Of a stretch of DNA of 64,000 bases, positions 41,468 through 51,757 are shown one piece after another. The stretch comes from Nitrosopumilaceae archaeon. GTDB taxonomy: Archaea > Thermoproteota > Nitrososphaeria > Nitrososphaerales > Nitrosopumilaceae. The stretch covers positions 672,001-736,000 of the forward strand of contig CBDCCK010000002.1 of NCBI GenBank assembly GCA_965214835.1. Direction: 5' to 3'. The notes under the pieces are model-generated. The model searched no databases and was not told the origin of the DNA. It was given only the letters and a program-made list of their open reading frames with translations. A program made the position numbers and the translations under genes. Every line of letters starts with the position of its first letter. Position 1 is the stretch's first letter.

Positions 41468-42959
41468 TAGACTTTATGCGTAATCGACCGTGATTAAAAA
41501 TTCCGTAGGCTTTTCCAAACGCAAATGCGCTGATCGGATCAAATTACCGCATGCATCTCGTGTCATGACGCACGCAAAAGTCAGTTGCGCCAAAAGAACG
41601 TGCGCAACCATGCAGCACGGCAATGTGCCCCGCTGACAAGTCAGAAAGAATGGCGGTCCGTACCGCCGTATGTCATGTGTCTGGCAGCAGATGCAGCTGC
41701 TGCAGCAGCTGGCCGTAGTGTTTTTTCCTTTTCAGCATAGTCTTGAGGTTCTCAAGACCCGTGATTATCTGCATGAAATAATTGAGATCCTTGGCAGTTC
41801 CGCCAAACGGCATGGTAAGAATGCCATATCTTTTGAGCCGCCCTATGTGGTGCTCCACTCTGACGCGAACCCTGCTTGTCTGCCTGCGGCGCCTCTTTTG
41901 CGTTGCAGTAAGATCCCCGTCCCTGGGCTTCTTTGGGGGCTGCCTGTGTATGGCGCCCGGAAGCATCTTTTGAATGCCCTCAAATCCCAGGTCGCTGAAA
42001 ACGACAAACGCCTCTTCCGGATCGTCTGCGTTTTTTGCATTCCTCATTGATCCGGTGTGCCTTCCAAAGTCCGGGCCGCCCCCTGCGTTCATCACGCCCT
42101 TGTCGTTGACGCTTCCGTCCACAGTCTTGCCGCAGTGCAGTATGAGGCCGTCCAGGTTCGAGGTAATTATCGTGTTGAACATGTGCCGCTTTCTTCTTCC
42201 CGAGTATCTGGTCTTTCTTGCGGTCCTGTCCCCGGGCCTGTCTACCGGAGTCAGGGTGCCGTCAATCAGGAGCGTCTTTTTTGGGATCAGCACCTCCTCC
42301 AGCTTGCCTGCCGGGGTCTTGCAGATGATGCTTGTTAGCTTTTCGGAGGCAGGCAGGAGCTGGCGCAGTAACACGGCACCGTACCGGAGGTACCTGGACA
42401 TTGTGGACTGGTCAATATCAAATGTCGTAGCCAGATGATGCTGCGTTGCCTTGGTCCTTATGCTCATGAGTACTGCAAGCAGCGCGTGCCTGATGTACAG
42501 CTTGCACCGGTTTCCGGCATCGCCGCCTCTTACGTCGTCCTCCCAGAACAGGGGCCTGTCCTCGTCGTCCATGACCGTATCTGTAAAGCGCTCCAGTATG
42601 ATCCCAAACGACTCCCTTGTGCATCCCGTGACGCCGCAGAGGCGCGCCGGGTCGCCGATCATGCCGTCTACAAGCTCGATTGCGTGCATCCGCAGCGTGC
42701 CGCCGCCGACGCCGCGCGCGGCCCTTTCCCCCTGTTCTCCTCGGACTGCCACAACGAGTCCTCGAACGCAAGCCGGTTCCTCAGGCGCTCGTTCTGCTCG
42801 ACTAGCCCCCTGTTCTGTTCCTGCAGCTCATGGAGAAGCCTGTCATCCGGGCCCATACCGTCACAGGGTCATTGCTGATCTTTAGGTTTGCAGGTATGCA
42901 GGCCATGATCTGCCGCGTCATATTTTTAGATCAGATGGGCCAATTACGCATAAAGTCTA
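41468..42959 (-). mobile_element. IS5-family (DDE_Tnp_4-type) element; frameshift in a G-run
   Basis: TIRs TAGACTTTATGCGTAAT / ATTACGCATAAAGTCTA; G5 here versus G6 in the copy at 50256. Confidence 0.9.
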
Positions 42960-42991
42960 CTTGCTATTTTAAATAACGAAGTTTTAGAAAG

Positions 42992-44044
42992 TGTCTTATA
43001 TGGAAATTAGGTTCGCCTAAGATTTTGAGAAAAGCCAAGGAATACTTTACCCTTTACCGATCAAGAAAAACGACGAAAAAGAAAGCACTGACAGAGCGAC
43101 AGATAAGATACGCCACAAGACAGCGTAAGAAGGGCAGGACGCTCAAGGCAATAGCAGAGGAGCTGAAGGTGACGCCCCAGTACGTGGGCAGACTGTGCGC
43201 CGAGTTCGAAAGAACCGGCGTAATACACGTGCAAAAGAGTCCCGGCAGGCCAGCATCGCCGCCGCCCTCAAGCGATGAGGTTCGGACGGTACTTCGCCTG
43301 TACGCCGAGCAGGACATCGGTGTGGTGCGCACGGCCAGGCGTGCAAGGGAGGAATTGAATATAAGCTACAACTCTGTATACAGGATAATGAGTGAGAACA
43401 AGCTGGTCTCAAAGTCTGCTGCAAGATCCGGACAGCGCAAGTGGCTACGCTATGAGCGCAAGTACTCCAACGCAATGTGGCACGTGGACTGGCACGATAT
43501 GAAGGATCCACGCCTGAGAGGGCTCAAATTAGTCACGTTTTTGGACGATTCATCCAGATGTATCATGGCGGCACGGACGTTTGCCGAGGCCACATCAGAA
43601 AACGTGGTGATAACACTCAGGGATGCCATAGACAGATTTGGCACGCCGGCTACCATACTGTCTGACAACGGCAGGTGCTTCAACGGCGGCCGTAGCAAGA
43701 AGAACATGCCAAAGGGGACGTGGAAGCCGACTGCATTTGAGGCCGAGCTGCTGGACCGGGGCATCGGGCTGATAAACTCCAGGCCGTACCATCCGGAGAC
43801 CAACGGCAAGCTGGAACGGTTGCACGGCAGCATAGAGAAGGAAATCCACCACTATGAGAGCCTGGCTGCATACGTGGAGTACTATAACGAGCGCAGGCTG
43901 CACTTTGCACTGGATATCGACAAGTGTGAGACGCCACTGCAGGCCTTTTTGGCAAGGGAGGCTACAGAAGCGATCAGAAAAAAAGACCCAAAATGGATGG
44001 AGAGGGACATCAATGACTAACGAACCTAATTTTCATATAACACA
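42992..44044 (+). mobile_element. IS481-family element, intact
   Basis: TGTCTTATATGGAAATTAGGTTCG / CGAACCTAATTTTCATATAACACA; 15-bp TSD CGAAGTTTTAGAAAG. Confidence 0.93.
43025..44020 (+). CDS. IS481-family transposase (rve integrase core)
   Basis: WHVD, DDSSR, SDNG, NGKLER and YNERRLH motifs. Confidence 0.92.
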   Translation: MRKAKEYFTLYRSRKTTKKKALTERQIRYATRQRKKGRTLKAIAEELKVTPQYVGRLCAEFERTGVIHVQKSPGRPASPPPSSDEVRTVLRLYAEQDIGVVRTARRAREELNISYNSVYRIMSENKLVSKSAARSGQRKWLRYERKYSNAMWHVDWHDMKDPRLRGLKLVTFLDDSSRCIMAARTFAEATSENVVITLRDAIDRFGTPATILSDNGRCFNGGRSKKNMPKGTWKPTAFEAELLDRGIGLINSRPYHPETNGKLERLHGSIEKEIHHYESLAAYVEYYNERRLHFALDIDKCETPLQAFLAREATEAIRKKDPKWMERDIND

Positions 44045-44216
44045 CGAAGTTTTAGAAAGATATAAGGTTTAATACATGAACAGTATCCATGTGAATTCTT
44101 TTTAAGCATTTTCCCGGATTTCGTGACATGGTGCATGGCTTTCGCTAGGGTTGATCCACTTCCAAAGGATGGGCGGACATGTATCCATTCGGGGCTTTCC
44201 CCCAGTACCATCTTCA

Positions 44217-44556
44217 TCCATTTGTTAGGCGATCCCGCAGTTAGTTCCCCGAGGCATTATCCTCATACTGATAACGCGGTAAATTCCTAACCATGATATC
44301 CATTTGAAACGTTTCATGCCGTCGGGTGCAAGCATATCCTATAAGATCATTGGGTGGGTGGGTGGGGGCTAGGGGGTGGACACCCCTACCACGACCGCAC
44401 CATGCAGCCTTGTGAACGTCCAGTCCCACGTATATCATGCCCTTACTACGTCGATGGGTAATGAATTTGTTTGCCTTCCCTGACGCCTTCCTGGGCTTTG
44501 GCGTATCAGCGGAGGTACCACCTGATCGCCGCATTTTCGATGTCTTCACATATGGT
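44217..44556 (-). mobile_element. Internally deleted IS110 remnant
   Basis: MIYVGLDVHK start; ccccacccacccacccaatgatc shared with ~6895; putative right end ATGGA+TG. Confidence 0.55.
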
Positions 44557-45870
44557 TAGTTCCGATTGTAACCCCGCAGCCTGCCTCAGTCCGGATCAGG
44601 GGGCTTTTTGATCCGTACGCTTGTGAGCTGCCTGATGATGCGGGCAAGCAGCACCTTGAGCTTGACTGCTTTTTTCTTGCTCCCAAATCTTGCGATCATC
44701 CAGATGTTCGACATGGCAAGTGCCAGGTAGAACAGCATGAGCCTTATGGAGTCGTTCCGGCTGCAGGTGAGCGGCTTGGATCTCTTGGCGTCGCGGTATC
44801 CGGTCTCTATGCCCCACCTCTTGCGGTACTCCTCGGGAAGCTCCAGCAGGTCCTCGCGGGTGCAGCCGGTCATGTTGGTAAGAAAGGCGATGTGGAACTT
44901 TTTCTTCTTCTTGTCCTCCCTTTCCAGTATTATCATGTTGCATGTTATCTTGTCGCTGCCCGATGATACCGTATACCTGCTGACTGCATCCCTCCTGCCA
45001 TCGACGTACTCCTCTATGGCCCTCTTCACTGCCTCGGTGAGCCTGGCAGGAGTCACGAACTTCATCCGGGCACCCCTGACGGCCTTGAACACGCCGACGG
45101 AGTAAAACTCCCTGTCCATCAGAACCAGCCACGGCCTGATGCCCGCTCCCCTGGTAGTCTGCAGCAGTTTACGCACGAATTCGGGGTTGAATCCGTCCCT
45201 GGTGACCTGAAGGCACGCAAGGTGCACCTGGTGCTCCTCTCCGACGGTCCTTGCCGTAATGTAGGCCTCGGCCGTGTTGGTGCCCGGCCCCCTGTACTTT
45301 ATCTTGTGGGTCATGTCCGGCTTGTGGTCGTACCTGGGAATCTTGGTCTTGTCGATGGCGATTATCGGGTTCCTGCTGATCAGGCCGCCATCTATAGAGT
45401 CCCTGACCGTCCTGCCTAGGATCCGGTCTGCCTTCCTGTGCATCGTCTCGTACCGTATCTGACCCAGCTTGCCAAGCAGCCAGTCGGCGCCGGGGCTGCG
45501 GCCCGTAGAATCCCGGAGCGACTCCGAGATCCTCGTGGCCTAACGTGTAAGGATATACCGCAGAGGGGCTGCGGCCCGTAGAATCCCGGAGCGACTCCGA
45601 GGCCTGCTCGGCGCACATGCGCTCCTTGGACATCGTTGCCAGAAGAGCCGCGGCATCCACCTCGTTGTATATCGCGTTGGGCCTGTCAGAGAACCTCATG
45701 CCTATGGATGAGACGGCTGCTTGGTACATTTTGCGCTCCCTGTGTCCGCACAGCTGAACAACCTTGTCCCGTTTTGGCATGCAGGTACTGCCTGGCCCCC
45801 GTCTATAGATCTGGTTGATCAGAAAAACCTGTCATTTTACTGTATTTTCAGGCCACAATCGGAACTACTG
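44554..45870 (-). mobile_element. ISH3-family element; transposase broken by a short internal duplication near 45490-45600
   Basis: TIRs TAGTTCCGATTGT / ACAATCGGAACTACTG; IAID, MDREF and YRKRWGIETGYR motifs. Confidence 0.85.
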
Positions 45871-45875
45871 ATGAA

Positions 45876-48307
45876 CAGTAGTTGAAAATGTACCCCACAA
45901 ATCCCGCTAGCCGGGATCGTGCCGCCGTCCTGCTCTTGCCCGGCATGCATCCTGGGCACAAAAGGCCATTGCATAAACGGCCACCAGAGTCACCAGCGCC
46001 TGCAGCGTCATGCTGCGGATCCTGGGATCATCCGAATCCCTCATTGTCAGCCATATGTTGCATACTGCAAGCGATACGTAGAACAAAAACATCCGCAGTG
46101 CCGGGTTCTTGCTGGTGGTCCGCGGCCTGATGCTCTTGGCACAGCGGTATCCGGTCTCTATGCCCCACCTGTCCCGGTACTCCTCTGTCACATAGTCTAT
46201 CAGCTCCGCATAGCCGCGACAGCGCTGCGTGGTCGCAAACACGTGGTACCGATCAAAGATGTTCTTTGCCTTGGATTTGGGGATCTTCTTGATGACCAGC
46301 GTGAACGTGAACCTCTTGCCGTCAGATGATTCCAGTGTATACCTTGATACTGCCGGCCTCCTGCCGCGGGCATGCTGTACTATGGCCTTCTTTATCCCGG
46401 GCGTCTTGACTGCGGGCATGATGAACGCAAACCCCATCTGCGATATCACAGACATCACGGCCACCGAAAAGAACCCCCTGTCAAGCAGGACGACGCTGCG
46501 CCTTGACCAGAGCCTGGCCTTGATGCCCAGGGCGATGCATTTTCGGAGCATATCACGCACCAAATCGGCCTTTTCGTCGCCCCGCCTCGCCGGGCTACAG
46601 GCCGTATGCACGTCGGGGCCGGCCTTGGATGTCAGCTTGCACGTCATGTACTCCTAAGTTGACGGTGCCCCTGTCGTGCTTTGACTTTACCAGGTGCTTC
46701 ATGTCGGGGTTCTTGTCGTACCTGGGCATCTTGGTCTCGTCTATGGCAACGACTGCCGCCCTGCGGCTTCTTCGGAGGGCGCGCAGCTGTGTACTCACCG
46801 CCTCGACTGCCGTGCAGTGCAGCATCGCGTCGCATCTTTTCCTCATCGTGTACGGTTTCATGGATTTCAGCTTCCCGAGAAGCCAGGCCGAGGTGGGCAC
46901 CGCGACCTTGGCACCCTCCATCTTGAGGTACAGGCGGTTTTGAACGGTCTCGTTTGCACATTTGGAGTGCTCACACATGGCCACGACCAGGTGGGCGGCG
47001 TCGGCCAGGCCCCACATGGCGTTGTGCCTTGAGGAGAACTTGATCTGCAGCAGGCCCATTGCGGCGACCAGCAGCTTGAACTTGCTCTGTCCGTAGCTTG
47101 TCCGGTGTTTCTGTTTGCCCTGCTTGCCCATCAGGGTAGACTGGAACGGCGTTGTTTATAGATCGACTGGCCAAAAAATCATGTCAGTCAGTTCAAAACA
47201 ATTGTCTTATACAGAAATTAGGTCCGCCTAAGATAAGGCGTACGATCGCTGACTATTTCAGGCTGTACCGATCAGATAAAGACATGACAAGAAAGATGTC
47301 GGACAAAGAGATCAGGTATATCGTCAAGGGACGTAATGCCGGAAAGAGCGCCACGTCGCTGGCCCGTGACATGAAGGTGACGCCACGGCACGTGAGGAGG
47401 ATTTACGCCAGGTACCGCCGGACCGGAAAGATGCATGTGCAACAAAAGGCTGGAAGAAAGGCCGCACCGCAGCCCGCGGCAGGCCAGGTGCAGGCAGTCT
47501 TGGACATGCACTGTATAGAGCACGTGGGCGTGATGCGCACTGCCATGCGCCTGCAGGATGCAGGTCACATTATAAGCTACAACAGCGTATATCGGATAAT
47601 GAAGGAGCAAAGACTCGTTACTGCATCAGATACCAAGTCGGGCCAAAAGAAATGGCTGCGCTATGAGCGCAAGTACTCCAACGCAATGTGGCACGTGGAC
47701 TGGCACGAAATGAAGGATCCACGCCTGAGAGGGCTCAAATTAGTCACGTTTTTGGACGATTCCTCCCGGTGTGTCACGGCGGCACGGACGTTTGCAGATG
47801 CCACATCAGAAAACGTGGTGATAACACTCAGGGAGGCCATAGGCAGGTTTGGCAAGCCGGCCACCATACTGTCTGACAACGGCAGGTGCTTCAACGGCGG
47901 CCGCAGCAAGAAGAACATGCCACGCGGGACGTGGACGCCGACTGCCTTTGAGGCCGAGCTGCTGGATCGGGGCATCGGGCTGATAAACTCCAGGCCGTAC
48001 CATCCGGAGACCAACGGCAAGTTGGAACGGCTCCACGGCAGCATAGAGGCTGAGATCCGCCACTATGAGAGCTTGGATGCATACATCAAGTATTACAACG
48101 AGCGCAGGCTACACTTTGGGCTGGACATAGCCCACCGCCAGACACCCATCATGGCGTTCTCGGACAAAACTGCCACAGAAGCGATCAGGAAATCCGACCC
48201 AAAATGGATGGAGAGGGACATCAATGAATAGCGGACATTATTTCCATATAACACAGTCAGTTCAAAACAATCAGACACTTAAAAAGGGGGTACATTTTCA
48301 ACTACTG
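45876..48307 (-). mobile_element. ISH3-family element (transposase 45907-47131, frameshifted) carrying an IS481 insertion
   Basis: 21-bp perfect TIRs CAGTAGTTGAAAATGTACCCC; 5-bp TSD ATGAA. Confidence 0.92.
47203..48255 (+). mobile_element. IS481-family element, intact (transposase ~47284-48231)
   Basis: TGT...ACA ends; 16-bp direct repeat GTCAGTTCAAAACAAT. Confidence 0.92.
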
Positions 48308-48622
48308 ATGAACATAATCGGCAGAATTTTTTCTTTTATTTTAAGAAGCAGGCTACCTTCTATGACAAAAGGTCCGTTGATTAACATAGTAGATCATAAC
48401 CGGATAGAAAACGCTAATGATTTTTATCTTAAGGCTGATGTTGGCATCAACAGATATTTTGCTACGCTAATCTGTCCCAAATGTCAAGATATGATCCCCC
48501 TCACCTCCAATCATACGAAAATCATCGGCAGAGATGGCAAAATCACTTTAGATCCAAGTGTATTACATGAAGATTGTGGAGCCCATTTCTTCATCAAAGA
48601 TAACATAATCTATTTCGTCTAA
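48308..48622 (+). CDS. DUF6527-like metal-binding protein
   Basis: LICPKCQD...GKITLDPSVL..DCGAHFFIKDN pattern, recognised by eye. Confidence 0.7.
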   Translation: MNIIGRIFSFILRSRLPSMTKGPLINIVDHNRIENANDFYLKADVGINRYFATLICPKCQDMIPLTSNHTKIIGRDGKITLDPSVLHEDCGAHFFIKDNIIYFV

Positions 48623-48707
48623 TCAAATTGTTTGAATTTAGATCGCAGTGTTTTTAGTTTATATTAGGACTTGATCAACATGAAATTTGAAAACAGTGAG
48701 AGGTTAA

Positions 48708-49142
48708 ATGATGAGTGAAAGTAAAGATGGTTTCAATGTCAAAGTTTATGGTTGCATCCAAAAAGAATTAAAGATTAACCAGCCAAAAATTACTTTACAA
48801 AAAATATCAAAAATATTAGAAATTGATGAAAAAACATCTTATGTTGTTGATGGCAAAGTACTTGATCCTAATGAAGAAATACAATTACATGATGGCATAG
48901 AATTGGAATGTAGATTAATTAGTAAAGTAGAACCAATCTATCATGTCAAGGTATTTGGATGTACCCAAAAAGAATTAGAATTTGATAAACAAATCGTTAC
49001 TCTAAGTGAAGTATCTAAAAAGGCCGGACTGTCAGAAGATACTTTATACATTATAGATGGTAAGAGTGAAAGTGCATCTACTGAAATAACATTAACTGAT
49101 GGTATTGAATTGGAATGCAAAAAGCTTGGCAGGGATAGTTAG
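48708..49142 (+). CDS. Tandem ubiquitin-like (beta-grasp) protein with two ~70-aa repeats
   Basis: VKVYGCIQKEL...VDGK...EEIQLHDGIELEC and VKVFGCTQKEL...IDGK...TEITLTDGIELEC; context next to E2-like and E1 genes. Confidence 0.7.
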   Translation: MMSESKDGFNVKVYGCIQKELKINQPKITLQKISKILEIDEKTSYVVDGKVLDPNEEIQLHDGIELECRLISKVEPIYHVKVFGCTQKELEFDKQIVTLSEVSKKAGLSEDTLYIIDGKSESASTEITLTDGIELECKKLGRDS

Positions 49143-49506
49143 TCCCATAATTGCTCAGTATATTGAAAAATTACAAGAGTTAGGATACAATGCACGATAT
49201 TTTGATTCCAAAAATATTTTACTGGTAGGTTATGGCTTGCCTCCCGGTTGGCATCAAACCATTACTGATTTGCTAATGAACATTCCTCCAGATCTTAACA
49301 ATGGCATACATGGTATTCAGATACCAGCCACACTAAAACACGATATAGATAAGAAATTATCGATACAAAGAAGACCAAATCACTATGTTCAAGGATGGGA
49401 CTTGTTATCTTGTATGTTAGATCAATCTCTTTGTGATGAAAATATTCTAAGAAATCACATGATACTTGTTAACAGAATATTATCTTTTCAGGAGCATAAA
49501 GCATAA
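49126..49506 (+). CDS. Prokaryotic E2/UBC-like protein; start probably TTG 49126 (ORF open from 49099)
   Basis: LLVGYGLPPGW....TDLLMNIPPD resembles the Prok-E2 family E signature. Confidence 0.65.
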   Translation: MAGIVSPIIAQYIEKLQELGYNARYFDSKNILLVGYGLPPGWHQTITDLLMNIPPDLNNGIHGIQIPATLKHDIDKKLSIQRRPNHYVQGWDLLSCMLDQSLCDENILRNHMILVNRILSFQEHKA

Positions 49507-50255
49507 TGATAGATTATGATTCATACTTGCTTACAGACAAACTCTATGAATTATTACCAAATATCTCTGTGTCAATTGTGGGTTTAGGAGGAGCAGGTTC
49601 TGTATTATGTCAAAGCCTGGCTCATATTGGAATACGCAAATTTGTTCTAGTTGATGATGACGATGTTGAGATGGACAATCTCAAAAAGCTAATAGGTAGT
49701 ACTCCTCAAGATACATTCAAACCAAAACATTATGTGATGGAACGTCTAATCAACAGCATTACTGGAAATGATGCCAAAGTCGAAATTATTCCATCTAAAT
49801 TTAATCGAGATAGTACTGATGAAATAAAAAACAAACTACTTGAAACCAATTTTATTTTTTTATGTGTAGATGATCCATCAGATAGTGAAGACATTAATAA
49901 TTTTTGTGTAAAAAATAAAAAACCTTTCGTGTATTTGGGTGTTGGAATGGAGAAAGAAGAATCAAACATTACATCTCTTGTTGGAAACGTGATATTGGTA
50001 CGGCCAGGAGATCCTTGTTTAGACTGCTACAATGTAAATAGCAAGTTACCGTATCTGAATAATAAAATTCCATATACGTATATTCATTCAATTGTTTCAA
50101 ATTTGGCCGTCTGGGAATTTTTAAAATTTATCACTGGTTTTGGTGACCTCTCTCATATGGTTTTTTATGACGCACTACAACAAACTGTTGAAAAATCCAT
50201 GATAAGTTCCACACTTTGTCGCTGTAATGTATGCAAAGATATTGGATATTCTTAA
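49506..50255 (+). CDS. ThiF/E1-like adenylyltransferase
   Basis: IVGLGGAGS, LVDDDDVEMDNL, FLCVD, PCLDC and CNVC motifs. Confidence 0.9.
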   Translation: MIDYDSYLLTDKLYELLPNISVSIVGLGGAGSVLCQSLAHIGIRKFVLVDDDDVEMDNLKKLIGSTPQDTFKPKHYVMERLINSITGNDAKVEIIPSKFNRDSTDEIKNKLLETNFIFLCVDDPSDSEDINNFCVKNKKPFVYLGVGMEKEESNITSLVGNVILVRPGDPCLDCYNVNSKLPYLNNKIPYTYIHSIVSNLAVWEFLKFITGFGDLSHMVFYDALQQTVEKSMISSTLCRCNVCKDIGYS

Positions 50256-51751
50256 TAGACTTTATGCGTAATTGGCCCATCTGATCTAAAAATATGACGC
50301 GGCAGATCATGGCCTGCATACCTGCAAACCTAAAGATCAGCAATGACCCTGTGACGGTATGGGCCCGGATGACAGGCTTCTCCATGAGCTGCAGGAACAG
50401 AACAGGGGGCTAGTCGAGCAGAACGAGCGCCTGAGGAACCGGCTTGCGTTCGAGGACTCGTTGTGGCAGTCCGAGGAGAACAGGGGGGAAAGGGCCGCGC
50501 GCGGCGTCGGCGGCGGCACGCTGCGGATGCACGCAATCGAGCTTGTAGACGGCATGATCGGCGACCCGGCGCGCCTTTGCGGCATCACGGGATGCACAAG
50601 GGAGTCGTTTGGGATCATACTGGAGCGCTTTACAGATACGGTCATGGACGACGAGGACAGGCCCCTGTTCTGGGAGGACGACGCGAGGAGCAGGGACGCG
50701 AGAAACCGGCGCAGGCTGCACGTCAGGCACGCGCTGTTTGCGGTACTCATGAGCCTGAGGACCGGCGCGACGCAGCAGCACCTGGCGGCAACGCTCGATG
50801 TCGACCAGTCCACCATGTCCAGGTACCTCCGGTACTGCATCGTAATACTCCATCAGATACTGCCTATTGCCGAAAAGATGACAGACGTGATCCGCAGAAC
50901 CCCGGCAGACAGGATAGAGGAGAAGCTGATCCCGAAAAGGACGATCCTGATCGACGGCACCCTGACTCCCGCAGGCAGGCCGTGGGACAGAACCGCAAGA
51001 AAGACCCGGTACGCGGGAAGAAGAAAGCGGCACACGTACGACACGCCGGTCACCGTGAACCTGGATGGCCTACTCATACTGCACTGCGACGATACCGCGA
51101 ACGGCAGCGTCAACGACAAGGGCGTGATGAACGCAGGGGGCGGCCCGGACTTTGGAAGGCACACCGGATCAATGAGGAATGCAAAAAACGCAGACGATCC
51201 GGAAGAGGCGTTTGTCGTTTACAGCGACCTGGGATTTGAGGGCATTCAAAAGATGCTTCCGGGCGCCATACACAGGCAGCCCCCAAAGAAGCCCAGGGAC
51301 GGGGATCTTACTGCAACGCAAAAGAGGCGCCGCAGGCAGATAAGCAGGGTTCGCGTCAGAGTGGAGCACCACATAGGGCGGCTCAAAAGATATGGCATTC
51401 TTACCATGCCGTTTGGCGGAACTGCCAAGGATCTCAATTATTTCATGCAGATAATCACGGGTCTTGAGAACCTCAAGACTATGCTGAAAAGGAAAAAACA
51501 CTACGGCCAGCTGCTGCAGCAGCTGCATCTGCTGCCAGACACATGACATACGGCGGTACGGACCGCCATTCTTTCTGACTTGTCAGCGGGGCACATTGCT
51601 GTGCTGCATGGTTGCGCACGTTCTTTTGGCGCAACTGACTTTTACGTGCGTCATGACACGAGATGCATGCGGTAATTTGATCCGATCAGCGCGTTTGCGT
51701 TTGGAAAAGCCTACGGAATTTTTAATCACGGTCGATTACGCATAAAGTCTA
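50256..51751 (+). mobile_element. IS5-family (DDE_Tnp_4-type) element, intact (transposase 50359-51546)
   Basis: Same TIRs as 41468-42959, in inverted orientation. Confidence 0.92.
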
Positions 51752-51757
51752 GTATGT

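Noticed and set aside
44440-44556. A third bridge RNA in the IS110 remnant
   Set aside because: The shared scaffold is not recognisable and the left end appears lost to the ISH3 insertion
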